Below, one piece after another: positions 21,895-33,505 of a stretch of DNA of 64,000 nucleotides. Within the stretch, counting starts at the first letter, position 1. The number at the start of each line of letters is the position of its first letter. Below the pieces are notes generated by a model. The model was not told where the DNA came from and did no database searches. It was given only the letters and a program-made list of their open reading frames with translations. The translations under genes were made by a program, and so were the position numbers. The stretch is from Heptranchias perlo (lineage: Eukaryota): NCBI RefSeq assembly GCF_035084215.1, contig NC_090336.1:56482001-56546000 (forward strand). The letters run 5' to 3'.

Positions 21895-24515
21895 TTATAG
21901 AATCATAGAATCATAGAAGTTACAACATGGAAACAGGCCAATCGGCCCAACATGTCCATGTCGCCCAGTTTATACCACTAAGCTAGTCCCAATTGCCTGC
22001 ACTTGGCCCATATCCCTCTATACCCATCTTACCCATGTAACTGTCCAAATGCTTTTTCAAAGACAAAATTGTACCCGCCTCTACTACTGCCTCTGGCAGC
22101 TCGTTTCAGACACTCACCACCCTTTGAGTGAAAAAATTGCCCCTCTGGACCCTTTTGTATCTCTCCCCTCTCACCTTAAATCTATGCCCCCTCGTTATAG
22201 ACTCCCCTACCTTTGGGAAAAGATTTTGACTATCTACCTTATCTATGCCCCTCATTATTTTATAGACTTCTATAAGATCACCCCTTAACCTCCTACTCTC
22301 CAGGGAAAAAAGTCCCAGTCTGTCTAACCTCTCCCTATAAGTCAAACCATCAAGTCCCGGTAGCATCCTAGTAAATCTTTTTTGCACTCTATCTCATTCA
22401 ATAATATCCTTTCTATAATAGGGTGACCAGAACTGTACACAGTACTCCAAGTGTGGCCTCACCAATGCCCTGTACAACTTCAACAAGACATCCCAACTCC
22501 TGCATTCAATGTTCTGACCAATGAAACCAAGCATGCCGAATGCCTTCTTCACCACCCTATCCACCTGTGACTCCACTTTCAAGGAGCTATGAACCTGTAC
22601 TCCTAGATCTCTTTGTTCTATAACTCTCCCCAACGCCCTACCATTAACGGAGTAGGTCCTGGCCCGATTCGATCTACCAAAATGCATCACCTCACATTTA
22701 TCTAAATTAAACTCCATCTGCCATTCATCGGCCCACTGGCCCAATTTATCAAGATCCCGTTGCAATCCTCGATAACCTTCTTCACTCTCCACAATGCCAC
22801 CAATCTTGGTGTCATCTGCAAACTTACTAACCATGCCTCCTAAATTCTCATCCAAATCATTAATATAAATAACAAATAACAGCGGACCCAGCACCGATCC
22901 CTGAGGCACACCGCTGGACACAGGCATCCAGTTTGAAAAACAACCCTCTACAACCACCCTCTGTCTTCTGTCGTCAAGCCAATTTTGTATCCAATTGGCT
23001 ACCTCACCTTGGATCCCATGAGATTTAACCTTATGTAACAACCTACCATGCGGTACCTTGTCAAAGGCTTTGCTGAAGTCCATGTAGACCACGTCTACTG
23101 CACAGCCCTCATCTATCTTCTTGGTTACCCCTTCAAAAAACTCAATCAAATTCGTGAGACATGATTTTCCTCTCACAAAACCATGCTGACTGTTCCTAAT
23201 CAGTCCCTGCCTCTCCAAATGCCTGTAGATCCTGTCCCTCAGAATACCCTCTAACAACTTACCCACTACAGATGTCAGGCTCACCGGTCTGTAGTTCCCA
23301 GGCTTTTTCCTGCCTCCCTTCTTAAACAAAGGCACAACATTTGCTACCCTCCAGTCTTCAGGCACCTCACCTGTAGTGGTGGATGATTCAAATATCTCTG
23401 CTAGGGGACCCGCAATTTCCTCCCTAACCTCCCATAATGTCCTGGGATACATTTCATCAGGTCCCGGAGATTTATCTACCTTGATGCGCGTTAAGACTTC
23501 CAGCACCTCCCTCTCTGTAATATGTACACTCCTCAAGACATCACTATTTATTTCCCCAAGTTCCCTAACATCCATGCCTTTCTCAACCGTAAATACCGAT
23601 GTGAAATATTCATTCAGGATCTCACCCATCTCTTGTGGTTCCGCACATAGATGACCTTGTTGATCCTTAAGAGGCCCTACTCTCTCCCTAGTTACTCTTT
23701 TGCCCTTTATGTATTTGTAGAAGCTCTTTGGATTCTCCTTTGCCTTATCTGCCAAAGCAATCTCATGTCCACTTTTTGCACTCCTGATTTCTCTCCTAAC
23801 TCTACTCCGGCAATCTCTATACTCTTCAAGGGATCCACTTGATCCCAGCTGCCTATGCACGTCATATGCCTCCTTCTTCTTTTTGACTAGGGCCTCAATC
23901 TCCCGAGTCATCCAAGGTTCCCTACTTCTACCAGCCTTGCCCTTCACTTTATAAGGAATGTGCTTACCCTGAAGTCTAGTTAACACACTTTTGAAAGCCT
24001 CCCACTTAGCAGACGTCCCTTTGCCTGCCAACAGACTCTCCCAATCAACTTCTGAAAGTTCCTGTCTAATACCATCAAAATTGGCCTTTCCCCAATTTAG
24101 AATTTTAACTTTTGGGCCAGACCTATCATTCTCCATAGCTATCCTAAAACTAATGGAATTATGATCACTGGTCCCAAAGTGATCCCTCACTAACACTTCT
24201 GTCACCTGCCCTTCCTTATTTCCCAAGAGGAGGTCAAGTTTTGCCCCCTCTCTAGTCGGGCCATCCACATACTGAATGAGAAATTCCTCCTGAATACACT
24301 CAACAAATTTCTCCCCATCCAAGCCCCTAATGCTATGGCTGTCCCAGTCAATGTTGGGAAAGTTAAAGTCCCCTACTATTACCACCCTATTTTTCTTGCA
24401 GCTGTCTGTAATCTCCTTACATATTTGCTCCTCAATTTCCCGTTGACTATTTGGGGGTCTGTAGTACAATCCTATCAAAGTGATCTCTCCCTTCTTATTT
24501 TTCAGTTCTACCCCT
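21895..24515 (-). mobile_element. 5'-truncated CR1 LINE (ORF2 APE+RT; in-frame ORFs 24478-22394 and 22387-22106)
   Basis: YYRPPN, GDFN, SDH, DFSKAFD, KFADD motifs; (ATAGAATC)n tail; premature stops. Confidence 0.95.
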
Positions 24516-25022
24516 GTGTCATTTTATCTGACATAAAATACATGAATGAACAAATACCAATTTTTCAATGGGTTTTGCCTACTTTCTATCACTTCATATC
24601 ATCAAATTCAATAAATGAGACTAACTTTGCCCTTGGTGATGGCCCTAACTCACTTTACAGGACTGTAATGTGGCACTAACCTTTCTTATTGCTTTGCACA
24701 TGTTCACGCCTCAACCTAGAGTCTCTCGTGGACTTCCTCTGGCTGGAGCAAAAGACTCTTCTGCCTCCCTCACAGTTCCAAACTCCGCACATGGTCTTTT
24801 TTTCCACACTCACAGAGGGGATGCCAAAAACTTGACCTCTGACCCTAGGCTAGGTTAATATGAAAGTTTGCAAATAAAACATGTATCCCATGTACTAAAT
24901 TTAATATACAATAGATTTCTCTAGATTTTACGTATTTTGTATTTTTTTTAAGTAGCACCTCTATCTATAACTCTCAACGCCGCCTCTCTTTTATCACGTG
25001 TAAATATTTTTCAATAAGTACT

Positions 25023-25772
25023 GCGTCGGATTTTTCTCTGAAAGTAATAGCGAAGCTATCAGCGCTCACCGTTATTTCAGTGCATCTGGTACAGCAACTT
25101 CCCGCGACCGCACATGCGCAGTTAAACGCGGAAATCCGGAAGTTCCTCTACCAGATTCCCTGCTCCTCCGTAAGCTTCACGAGAACTGCATCTCGCCGGC
25201 TGACTCACCATTAAAATGAATACAACAGTGTGAAGTTCCTCTACTGCCCTGATGGAAACCAAGTAATCTCGCCAAAAAAGGTACGTCAAGTTTTTAAGTC
25301 AAAGCAAAATTTTAATTGCGTGGTAAGTCTTATTGACTGCCAAACAACCTCTCTGGCACGGAAAGATTACTTTTACAAATATGGAGTCTCATTACTTCAG
25401 ATTTTAATTGTTGTTGGACATTTAAAAAAAAATGTTAAATTTTATTTTTTTACTTTTTCTTTCTGTCTCTTTTATCTGTTTTTTATTTCAATATTTCTTA
25501 CTCTCTCTTTCTGTACCTGATTGGGTATTGAATTTACTATTCTAATTTACACTTCCTGGTTCTGACATGCTTCAATCTGGTTGGTTAAGGGGATAGGCAG
25601 TTGCTTGCCCCGTTCACACGAGTCCCAGATGCCCGGTAGAGGGCGCCGCACTAGATTGAGGGCCCCATGAGAGGAACTTGCCGTGCAAAAGCCCATGGAA
25701 AGTCTATGAGCAAGTCCAAGTCTAACAAAGTCCGGGCACCGTTCGTCCACTGCTCGGAGCAAAATCCAGCCC
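25023..25772. mobile_element. Non-autonomous TIR element (Harbinger-like MITE)
   Basis: GCGTCGGATTTTTCTC / GAGCAAAATCCAGCCC inverted ends; colinear homology to 31109-31868. Confidence 0.7.
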
Positions 25773-26370
25773 ATTACTGTGAAGAGAAATTTGATTTGTA
25801 ATATATAATGCAGTACTGTACAGGGGACTTGTATATCAAATATCTTAGCCCACCTCACTCACTATTGAAATTGCATGTAATTTTTACTGGCACAAGTCAA
25901 AAAATGACCTAAGAGAAAATAATAACAGTTGATATTTTTAATTAATCTGTAGTATAATTTGCCAGCAAAAACAGCTGTGAATCAGATGGACTTTAAATGA
26001 TTGTCTGTTTAAATCTAATTTAAAATCCAAAGTTAATACTGAAATTCCATATGCTATAATATCTGTTCAAACTAACATTTTGCAGTTAATATTTGCATCA
26101 TTGTTATCCATAATTTTGAAGTCTCTCATCACAGGAAGTCATTTAGCCATAAATCCATTCTTGTTAATGAAAGCTCTTCATTCCAATTTTTGCAGATTTT
26201 ATATCATACAAATAATCACCCATGGCATTGGCCCTGGAAAAAGATAGTTTCTCTTTGTTCCTGCAAAAGTATCTCTGCTAATCTTCCAGCTATCTATTTT
26301 TTTCTGTATTGCTCGTCAGATTTCTGTTTGTCTTCTCTCTCTCTATGCTTCTCGCACGCTTTCTCTCATT

Positions 26371-26900
26371 AAGAAAGAGCTTGCAATTATATAGCACCCT
26401 TCATGACCTCGGGATGTCTAAAGCAACTCACAGCGAAAGAAGTGCTTTTGAAGTGCAGTTACTGTTATAATGTAGATGGATTTAAGATACAGATTAGCCA
26501 TGATCTAACTGAATGGCAGAACAGGCTCAAGGGGCTGAATGGCCTACTCCTATTCCTATGTTCCTAAACACAGCAGCAAATTTGCAAACAACAATGTCCC
26601 ACAGACACCAATAAGATAAATAGCCAAATGATTTGTTTTGGGGGGTTGTTGGTTGGGGGATAAATGTTAGCCAGGACACCAAGAGAACTCCCAGGCACTG
26701 CTTTAAATAGTGCCATAGGATCTTCTACCTGAGGGCCTCAGTTTAAGGTCTCATCTTAATGACAGCACCTCCGGTAATGTAGCACTCCCTCAGTGCTGCA
26801 CTGACAGCCTAGATTATGTGCTCAGGTTTCTGGGGTGGGGCTTTAACCACAGCCTTCTGACTCAGAGGCGAGAGTGCTGCCACAGAGCCAACATCAACAC
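26371..26900 (-). mobile_element. Deu-domain tRNA SINE with a CR1 tail fragment inserted at about 26495-26565
   Basis: Reverse complement of the SINE sequence seen at 30373-30800. Confidence 0.8.
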
Positions 26901-26984
26901 TACTCCATCTCTATATCTCTGTGTTAGTCCAAGACTCTTTTTCCTCACTTTCTCTCACTTAACGTTCAGCCGCCTAGGCCCCTT

Positions 26985-27135
26985 GTCTGGTCATTATCAC
27001 ATTGCTGTTTGCGGGGCCTTGCTGAGCGCAAGTTGGCTGCCTGCTTCCGACATTACAACAGTGACTACACTTCAAAAGTACTTCATTGACCTGTAAAGGT
27101 CGTGAAAGGCACTGTATAAATGAAAGTCCTTCTTC
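26985..27135 (+). mobile_element. Deu-domain SINE 3' part
   Basis: ggtcattatcacattgctgtttg...gtgaaaggcactgtataaatg. Confidence 0.8.
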
Positions 27136-29329
27136 CTCAGAGGCAAAAGAGCTATCGGCTGAGTCAAGCTAACACAAGTCAATTTAAAAATGTAACCTTG
27201 CTTAAATAAACTAAATAGCTATTTATCACATAACATGATCAGAATTACAACTTTATTGCTATATTACATCGAGATACATCGAAATTACAACACAGAAACA
27301 GGCCATTCGGCCCAACTGGTCTGTGCCGGCGTTTGGTCACATGAGCCTCCTCCCTCCCTACTTCATCTAACCTATCAGGATATCCTTCTATTCATTTCTC
27401 CCTCGTGCTTATCGAGTTTCCCCTTAAATGCATAAATAATCATTTAATCTTTCAACTCACAGAACCTAAGACCAAGAAGTATACCAAGTAATACTCACGA
27501 ATACCCGTACTACAAAGGGTATACAATCAAAAGTCAAAAATTCACAGGCAGCATAACCGAGGTTATGTGCCCACCAAGCTACGATTTACCACCCATCTGG
27601 TGACAGCAGAAGCAGAGAAACCCGGCCAGTGACTGGTGCTGTAGCGTTTTAGTATAATTTAGAGAGAGGCTATTAATATAGTAAGAAAATGGTCATAATG
27701 TTTCTGAAAACATATGCAGTCTAAGGGTGATAATGTAAGCCTACATTTTAATGTACATTTCAAGTACTGAAAAAATGTAAACTGAAACACATGGATATAA
27801 GATTATACATGCACAATTAACAAGCAATACAAACAAATATTTAGTACTTGACAATTACTGCTCTTCAAATTGTTTGAAATAGATATCTGGAAGTAGCCAG
27901 GCTGAAGAACTTGCTTGTCTCCAAACAAACACACTATACTCGGCTGTTACAGATTTGATAGGACGGAATATAAATTGTTTAAGGTTGCTAAATAATTGAT
28001 ATAACGTTAAATATCTATCGACATGGAAATGGAAGAAATCGTTCCATGAAACTTTTACATTATAGAGATTGAAATTCTGCTTATGCTATTAAAAAAAATC
28101 CAGCAAAAAATAAATAAATATTTATCAAGGACGGAAAGAAGTCAGGAATCAGTGTCCTACCGAGACTGGTGTGCAAGAGCAACGGTATCCCTCTGGTCAT
28201 TGCCTTCATTCATGATAAACCACTGCCATATTTTAATGTACATCGGCGTGAATTTCATAAATGATTTAGGATTGGAGGAAAAGCCTATCAAATCCAGGTA
28301 GGCAGCACGAAGTTAACTCAACTCTGACCGAGCACTGTGCTCGCACAAAGCTTCACTGAAACTTAGCAGGGTCGGTATCATTGTGCTGTGCTCGCAACCA
28401 TTGTCCCTAGGAGGAGTTTATTTTAGAAAGACCGCTTTTTGTTCTAAAGCCAAGACAAGAAAAGGAACAATCAATGCTTATAATTATTCATTACCCTCAG
28501 AAGCTGTGATACCATTTTTGAAGAATACTATATTAAATGTTCTTGGCAAGATCCTCTTGTTTTAGCTGCTTTCGTTTTATTCACTGTACAATAACTCAAT
28601 ATTTCTCATCTAGACAACACATGGGGAAATTAAACAATAAACGTAATGTTTTTTCGACTTTTTTTTCAGAACAGCTTGTGGGATTTTTCTTCTCGCTTTC
28701 GTCTATTGATTTTCTGAGAGTTGCTTTTCCTTCTGAATTTACGAGGGATGGCTCTTCTGCTTTTGATTCAAACATAGTAAACCCAGAAAAAAACTCCAGA
28801 TTTCAATACGTTTTACATGTTTGAATGTACGAGCTTTATCGCGGTTGACTTGCTGGAATTCTTCACGTTCTTTGAATTTCTGGGATGTTCCTTTATGAAA
28901 TTTTCAATCGGCCCCATTATTTTTAGGCATTGATGATACAGCGGTTACTTAATTCCCCAGGGGAACTGAACTTCTCACATTATACTTCCCTCAGATATTT
29001 CTGTTTCCTTTAATTTTCAGGTTAAATTCAGTCTTCACTTTGATCGAATCAATGCCAGTGATGGAAGCTAGTTCAGGTTTCTTCAGAGAGCACTGTGTAT
29101 TGGTCAGTGTGCTTCTAAATTCGATAGATCAGAAAGTGCTGGGTTCAATTCCTGCTGTTGTGTGTTATTTGCTTGTTTCGGTCGTTAAAGGCAGATCAGT
29201 CGTTCGTGTAACTTGAATTTTCCTTTTCTGGAATTTTGTCCTTTTTGTCCCTTCAAATTTCCACCAAATCTTTCAGACTTATTCTCAGGATTAGTTCACT
29301 ATTTTCCTTAGATTCCTAAGATAATGTTC

Positions 29330-29558
29330 TTTGTGTCCTGGCAAACATGTATCTCTCAATCAACATCATTAAAACAGATTAACTGATCATTTATCTGGTC
29401 GCGATTTGTGGGATCTTCCCATGCAACAAATTGGCTCCCCTGCCATTCCCCACATTGCAACGGTGACGACATTTCAGAAGTACTTCATTGCCTGTGAAGC
29501 ACTTTGGGACATCCTGAGGTCAAGAAAGCTGCTGTATAAATGCAAATTCCTTCTTTTT
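29330..29558 (+). mobile_element. Deu-domain SINE 3' part
   Basis: gtgtcctggc...acagattaactg...tataaatgcaa. Confidence 0.75.
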
Positions 29559-29678
29559 GAATTTTCAATTTAGGAGGAATTAGCCTGCACTGACACGGCA
29601 ATTGTATGTTAATGCAGAGCAGCTTTGCGTCGCACCAGTGCTGCAGTTTTAGTGTTAATGAAGCCTGAACTCGGAACT

Positions 29679-30118
29679 TTTTTTTTCTTTTTTTTAGTCA
29701 AATAAGAATTTTAATTTTCCTGATCAACTTTTTTTTTAGGCCCCCCTTTTATAAGAAGGGGGAGTGTGGGGTGTGCTTAAATACTAAAAACCAAATAAAC
29801 CAAAACCAAGTGTTCAAATTAAAATTTTATTATCCTCGTCCAGGATGCACTCCAGCCCCTGCGGTGCCCACCGGCCGCGGAAAGCCTCGAGCGTACCGGC
29901 AGACACCGCGTGCTCCATCTCCAGGGCCACCCGGGCGCGGAGCATTCCGCGGAAGAGAGGCAGACAGGCCGAGCGACCGCCCCCACGGACCACGATCATC
30001 CTAGACCTGTGGATGGCCACCTTGGACAGGCCCAGGAGCAGGCCCACGAGAACGTCCACCGACCTGCCCGCCCCCCTCCTCACCGGGCGGCCAAAGATCA
30101 GGAGCGTGGGACTGAAGT
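29679..30118 (-). mobile_element. 5'-truncated Tx1-clade (L1-Tx1) LINE with poly(A) tail and TSD
   Basis: FSPTLLIFG...LLLGLSKVAIHRSR...LFRGMLRARVALEMEHAVSAGTLEAFRGRWAP resembles the Tx1 ORF2 C-terminus; T-run at 29678-29695; CTGAACTCGGAACT duplicated at 29665-29678 and 30119-30132. Confidence 0.85.
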
Positions 30119-30372
30119 CTGAACTCGGAACTAGGGCCCCACCGGACACTGGAGTGAAACAGAGCAACGCTCCTTGGAGCTTTACTTTGTTTCACTTCAG
30201 AGCCAGGCGGGGCTTAATACCTGATTTACACTAATTGCATCTTAGGACCCTAATTTAAATATATTAGGACCGCCTGTTTCTGGTAGAATCGCTGCCGCCT
30301 CATCGAAGCCTGCTGGAAAATCGCATCAGTCAAGCCTCGGGTGGCAAGTCAGTGGTGAGTTTCTTTCTTTAG

Positions 30373-30800
30373 TGTCAGTTGTGGCTCAGTTGGTAGTACT
30401 CTCGCCTCTGAGTCAGAAGGTTGTGGGTTCAAGTCCCACTCCAGAGACTTGAGCACAAAGTCTAGTGCTATGCTGAGGGACTACTGCACTGTCAGAGGTG
30501 CTATCCTTCAGGTGAGGTGTTAGACTGAGATTTCTGTCTGCCCTTGCAGGTGGAAATAAAAGATCCCATGGCACTACTCAAAGAAAAGCAGAGGTGGTAT
30601 CCCTCAACCAACATCACTACCAAGCAGATTATCTGACCATTATCATGTTGCTGTCTGTGGGAGCTTACTGTGTGCAAATTGGTTACCATATTTCCTACAT
30701 TACAAAAGTGACTACACTTCAAAAAAATCATACTTCATTGGTTGTGAAGTGCTTTGGGACATCCTGAAAGGTGCTATATAAATGTAAGTCTTTCTTTTCA
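30373..30800 (+). mobile_element. Near-full-length Deu-domain tRNA SINE
   Basis: A/B boxes (tggctcagttgg, gggttcaagtccc), central domain, tail gctatataaatgtaagtctttc. Confidence 0.88.
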
Positions 30801-31108
30801 ATTTTTATCTCACTACCACCCTGTAAAATGGGGCAGTAAGGAGATAAAAATCACCCCTAAGGTTACTGGTGGTGCTGAGCCAAAATCGCTCAGCGCCTGA
30901 TGCTAAACATGCACGCTTGGAATTTGTGTGGGGTGGTGGGGGGGGTTTGCAGCACGATATCCCCCCACCCCCAGCCCGGAAAAACAGCACAAATCTGTCC
31001 TCCTTGTCTACTGCACAAGTCGACCCAACATCAGGCCTGTACTAATCCATGCCCCCAAGCTTCCCTTTGCACCACTGTACCTCTGTGAAATAATGCAGAG
31101 AGTTTTAT

Positions 31109-31868
31109 TGGCCCAGAGCTTGCTCTAAAAATAACGCGATGCTAACAGGGCTCACCGTTATTTGCGGGCAAATGGAAAAGCAACTTCCGGTGAGCGCAGA
31201 TGCGTAGTCAAACATGGAAATCCAGAAATTACTCTACTAGATGCCCTGCTCCTCCATAAACTGCACGGGAAAGACAGCTCGCCGGTTGACTCACCATTGG
31301 AATGGGCCAGCACAAAATTGCTCTCCTGCCCAGCTGGAAACTATTTATTTTCGCCAGAAAAAAGTACGTCCAGTTTTTTTAGTCTAACCAAAATTTTAAC
31401 GGAGTGGTAAGCCTTAATTACTGTCAAACAACCTCTCTGGCACTGAAAATTTACTTTCACAGTGTGGAGTCTCATTCCTTCAGATTTTAATTGTTGTTGC
31501 ACATTTTTTTAAAAATAATTTTTATTTTTTTATTTTTGTCTCTTTTATCTCTGCCTTTTCATTCAATATTTCTTACTCTCGCTTTATTTCACTTTCTCGA
31601 ACTGATTTTACATTGAATTTACTGTTGTAGCTTGCACTTCCTGGTTCCGTGTCTGCGCAGCTTGGTAAGGATGCTTCAATCTGATTGGTTGAGGGGATAT
31701 ATGGCTCCTTTCCCCGCTCACACAGCTCACAGATGCCCGGGGGGAGACGCTGCACTTTTTTCAACTCCCCATTGCAGGAAGTTGGTACCCAAAAGCCCGT
31801 GGATAGTTTGTGGATAACTTTAAACCTGGCGAGCGCGTTTGTTCGCCACTCAGTGCAAATCCGGGCCA
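31109..31868. mobile_element. Non-autonomous TIR element (same family as 25023-25772)
   Basis: TGGCCCAGAGCTTG / CAAATCCGGGCCA ends; shared internal blocks. Confidence 0.7.
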
Positions 31869-32149
31869 GTATGTTTGAACTGTGCAACCACACAGCATGT
31901 GGTACCAAGCACAAATAATGGGGGTGGCAGTTCACAGAAGAACAAACCAACATGTCATTTCAGATTGGATAACGCTCATAGGACTCATAGGAAGATGCCA
32001 TTCAGTCACATATTTTCAACAAACCCCCGATTGTTTGGATTCTATTTCTCCTTCTTGCTCTCTTTAAATACTCCATTCACTTTTAATGTATCCTTTTATA
32101 TAATTCCAGGCTCCCTTTCCTTCATTAATACTACAGGAGAAATGATTGG

Positions 32150-33505
32150 CACATCACGAAGACACATGCCAGTCTTGGATGAACTGCAATTTTCTCCAGT
32201 CAAACATTGGGAAGACCAAACCCATTGTCTTCAACCAAAGACACAATTTGCGCCGATTCCAACTCCCTCTCTGGCTGGAGAATTAAACTGTTCAAAACTC
32301 ATGGGATATAATTTACATCCCACCAGTAAACTTGATAATGTGCAAACAACAAGATAAGTTATGGCTGAACCTAGAAGTGACGAAGGGGTGTTTCAGTGGC
32401 AGTGGGACCGAGGTAGGGGTGGAGGCAGGAGATGTTGAGGCAGACAAAGTAAGCGGGTGGCAAAATCAACAATTAAACACATCAGCAAAATTGGGTAGCA
32501 CAGTGGGACAGTACAGGGCTGTTCAAAATGGCCCCGAGTCTTGCAAACTGCCGCTCTATCTCCAACCTCCCTTTCCTCTCCACACTCCCTGGATGTTTTG
32601 TCGCCTACCTTTCCCACAACTCCCTATTTGAATTTCTCCAGTCATGTTTCCATCCCTACCACAGCACTGAAACAGCCCGAACCAAAGCTACAAATGATAT
32701 CTGATATGATTGTGACCATGGGGCATTATTCTTCTTCATCCTCTTCAACTTTCTGCAGCCTTAGGCATGGTCAACCACCAACTTTTCCTCCAGCACGTTT
32801 CCTCTGTTGTCCAACTTAGTGGGACTGCCCTCACTTGGTATTCTGACCTATCCAATTGTAGCCCATGCATCTCCAGCAACGGCTTCTCTTTCTGCCTCAG
32901 CACCATTACCTCAGGAATCCCCCACAGATTTATCTTTGACTTCTTACTCTTCCTCACCAATATGCTGGTCCCTTAGTGGCATCATCCACAAATATAGGGT
33001 CAGCTTCTACATGTACACTGATAACACCCATCTCTACCTCTCCATCCCCTCTCTCAACCCTTCCACTGCCTCTGTTGTCAGACTGCTTGTCCAACATCCA
33101 GTTTTGGATGAGCTGCAATTTTCTCCAGTTAAACATATCCCATTGTCTTCAACCAAAGACACAGACTTTCCGCCAATTCCAAATCCCTCTCCGGCCACTG
33201 TATCAAAAAGAACCAGACTGTTCACAATTTTTGTCCTGTTCGACCCGGGGATGAGCTTCCAACCCCATATCCTCTCCATTACAAAGATTGCCTACTTTCC
33301 CTACTTCTGGCTGCACCTCAGTCTATCTGCTGTTGGAACCCTCATCCATGCCTTTGTCACCTCCAGACTTAACTAGTCCAGTGCTCTCCTTGCCAGCCTC
33401 ACATCCTCCCCCTTCTGTAATCTTCAGCTCATCCAAAACTCTGCTGACTGTATCCAATCTGCAACAAGTTCCGTTCACCCAACACCACAGTCCTTGCTGA
33501 TCTAC
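32150..33505 (+). mobile_element. Degenerate L2 LINE RT fragments
   Basis: FYMYTDNTHLYLS (degenerate YADD), IHAFVTSRL, QFWMSCNFLQLN motifs. Confidence 0.8.

Noticed and set aside
28560-28930. Purine-rich minus-strand stretch that looked protein-like
   Set aside because: Short frames, no recognisable motif or splice pair
30119-30167. N-terminal part of ORF 29814-30167
   Set aside because: Lies outside the TSD; flanking DNA that happens to be in frame
30373-30445. tRNA gene-like A/B boxes here and at other SINE heads
   Set aside because: They continue into the SINE body; not standalone tRNA genes
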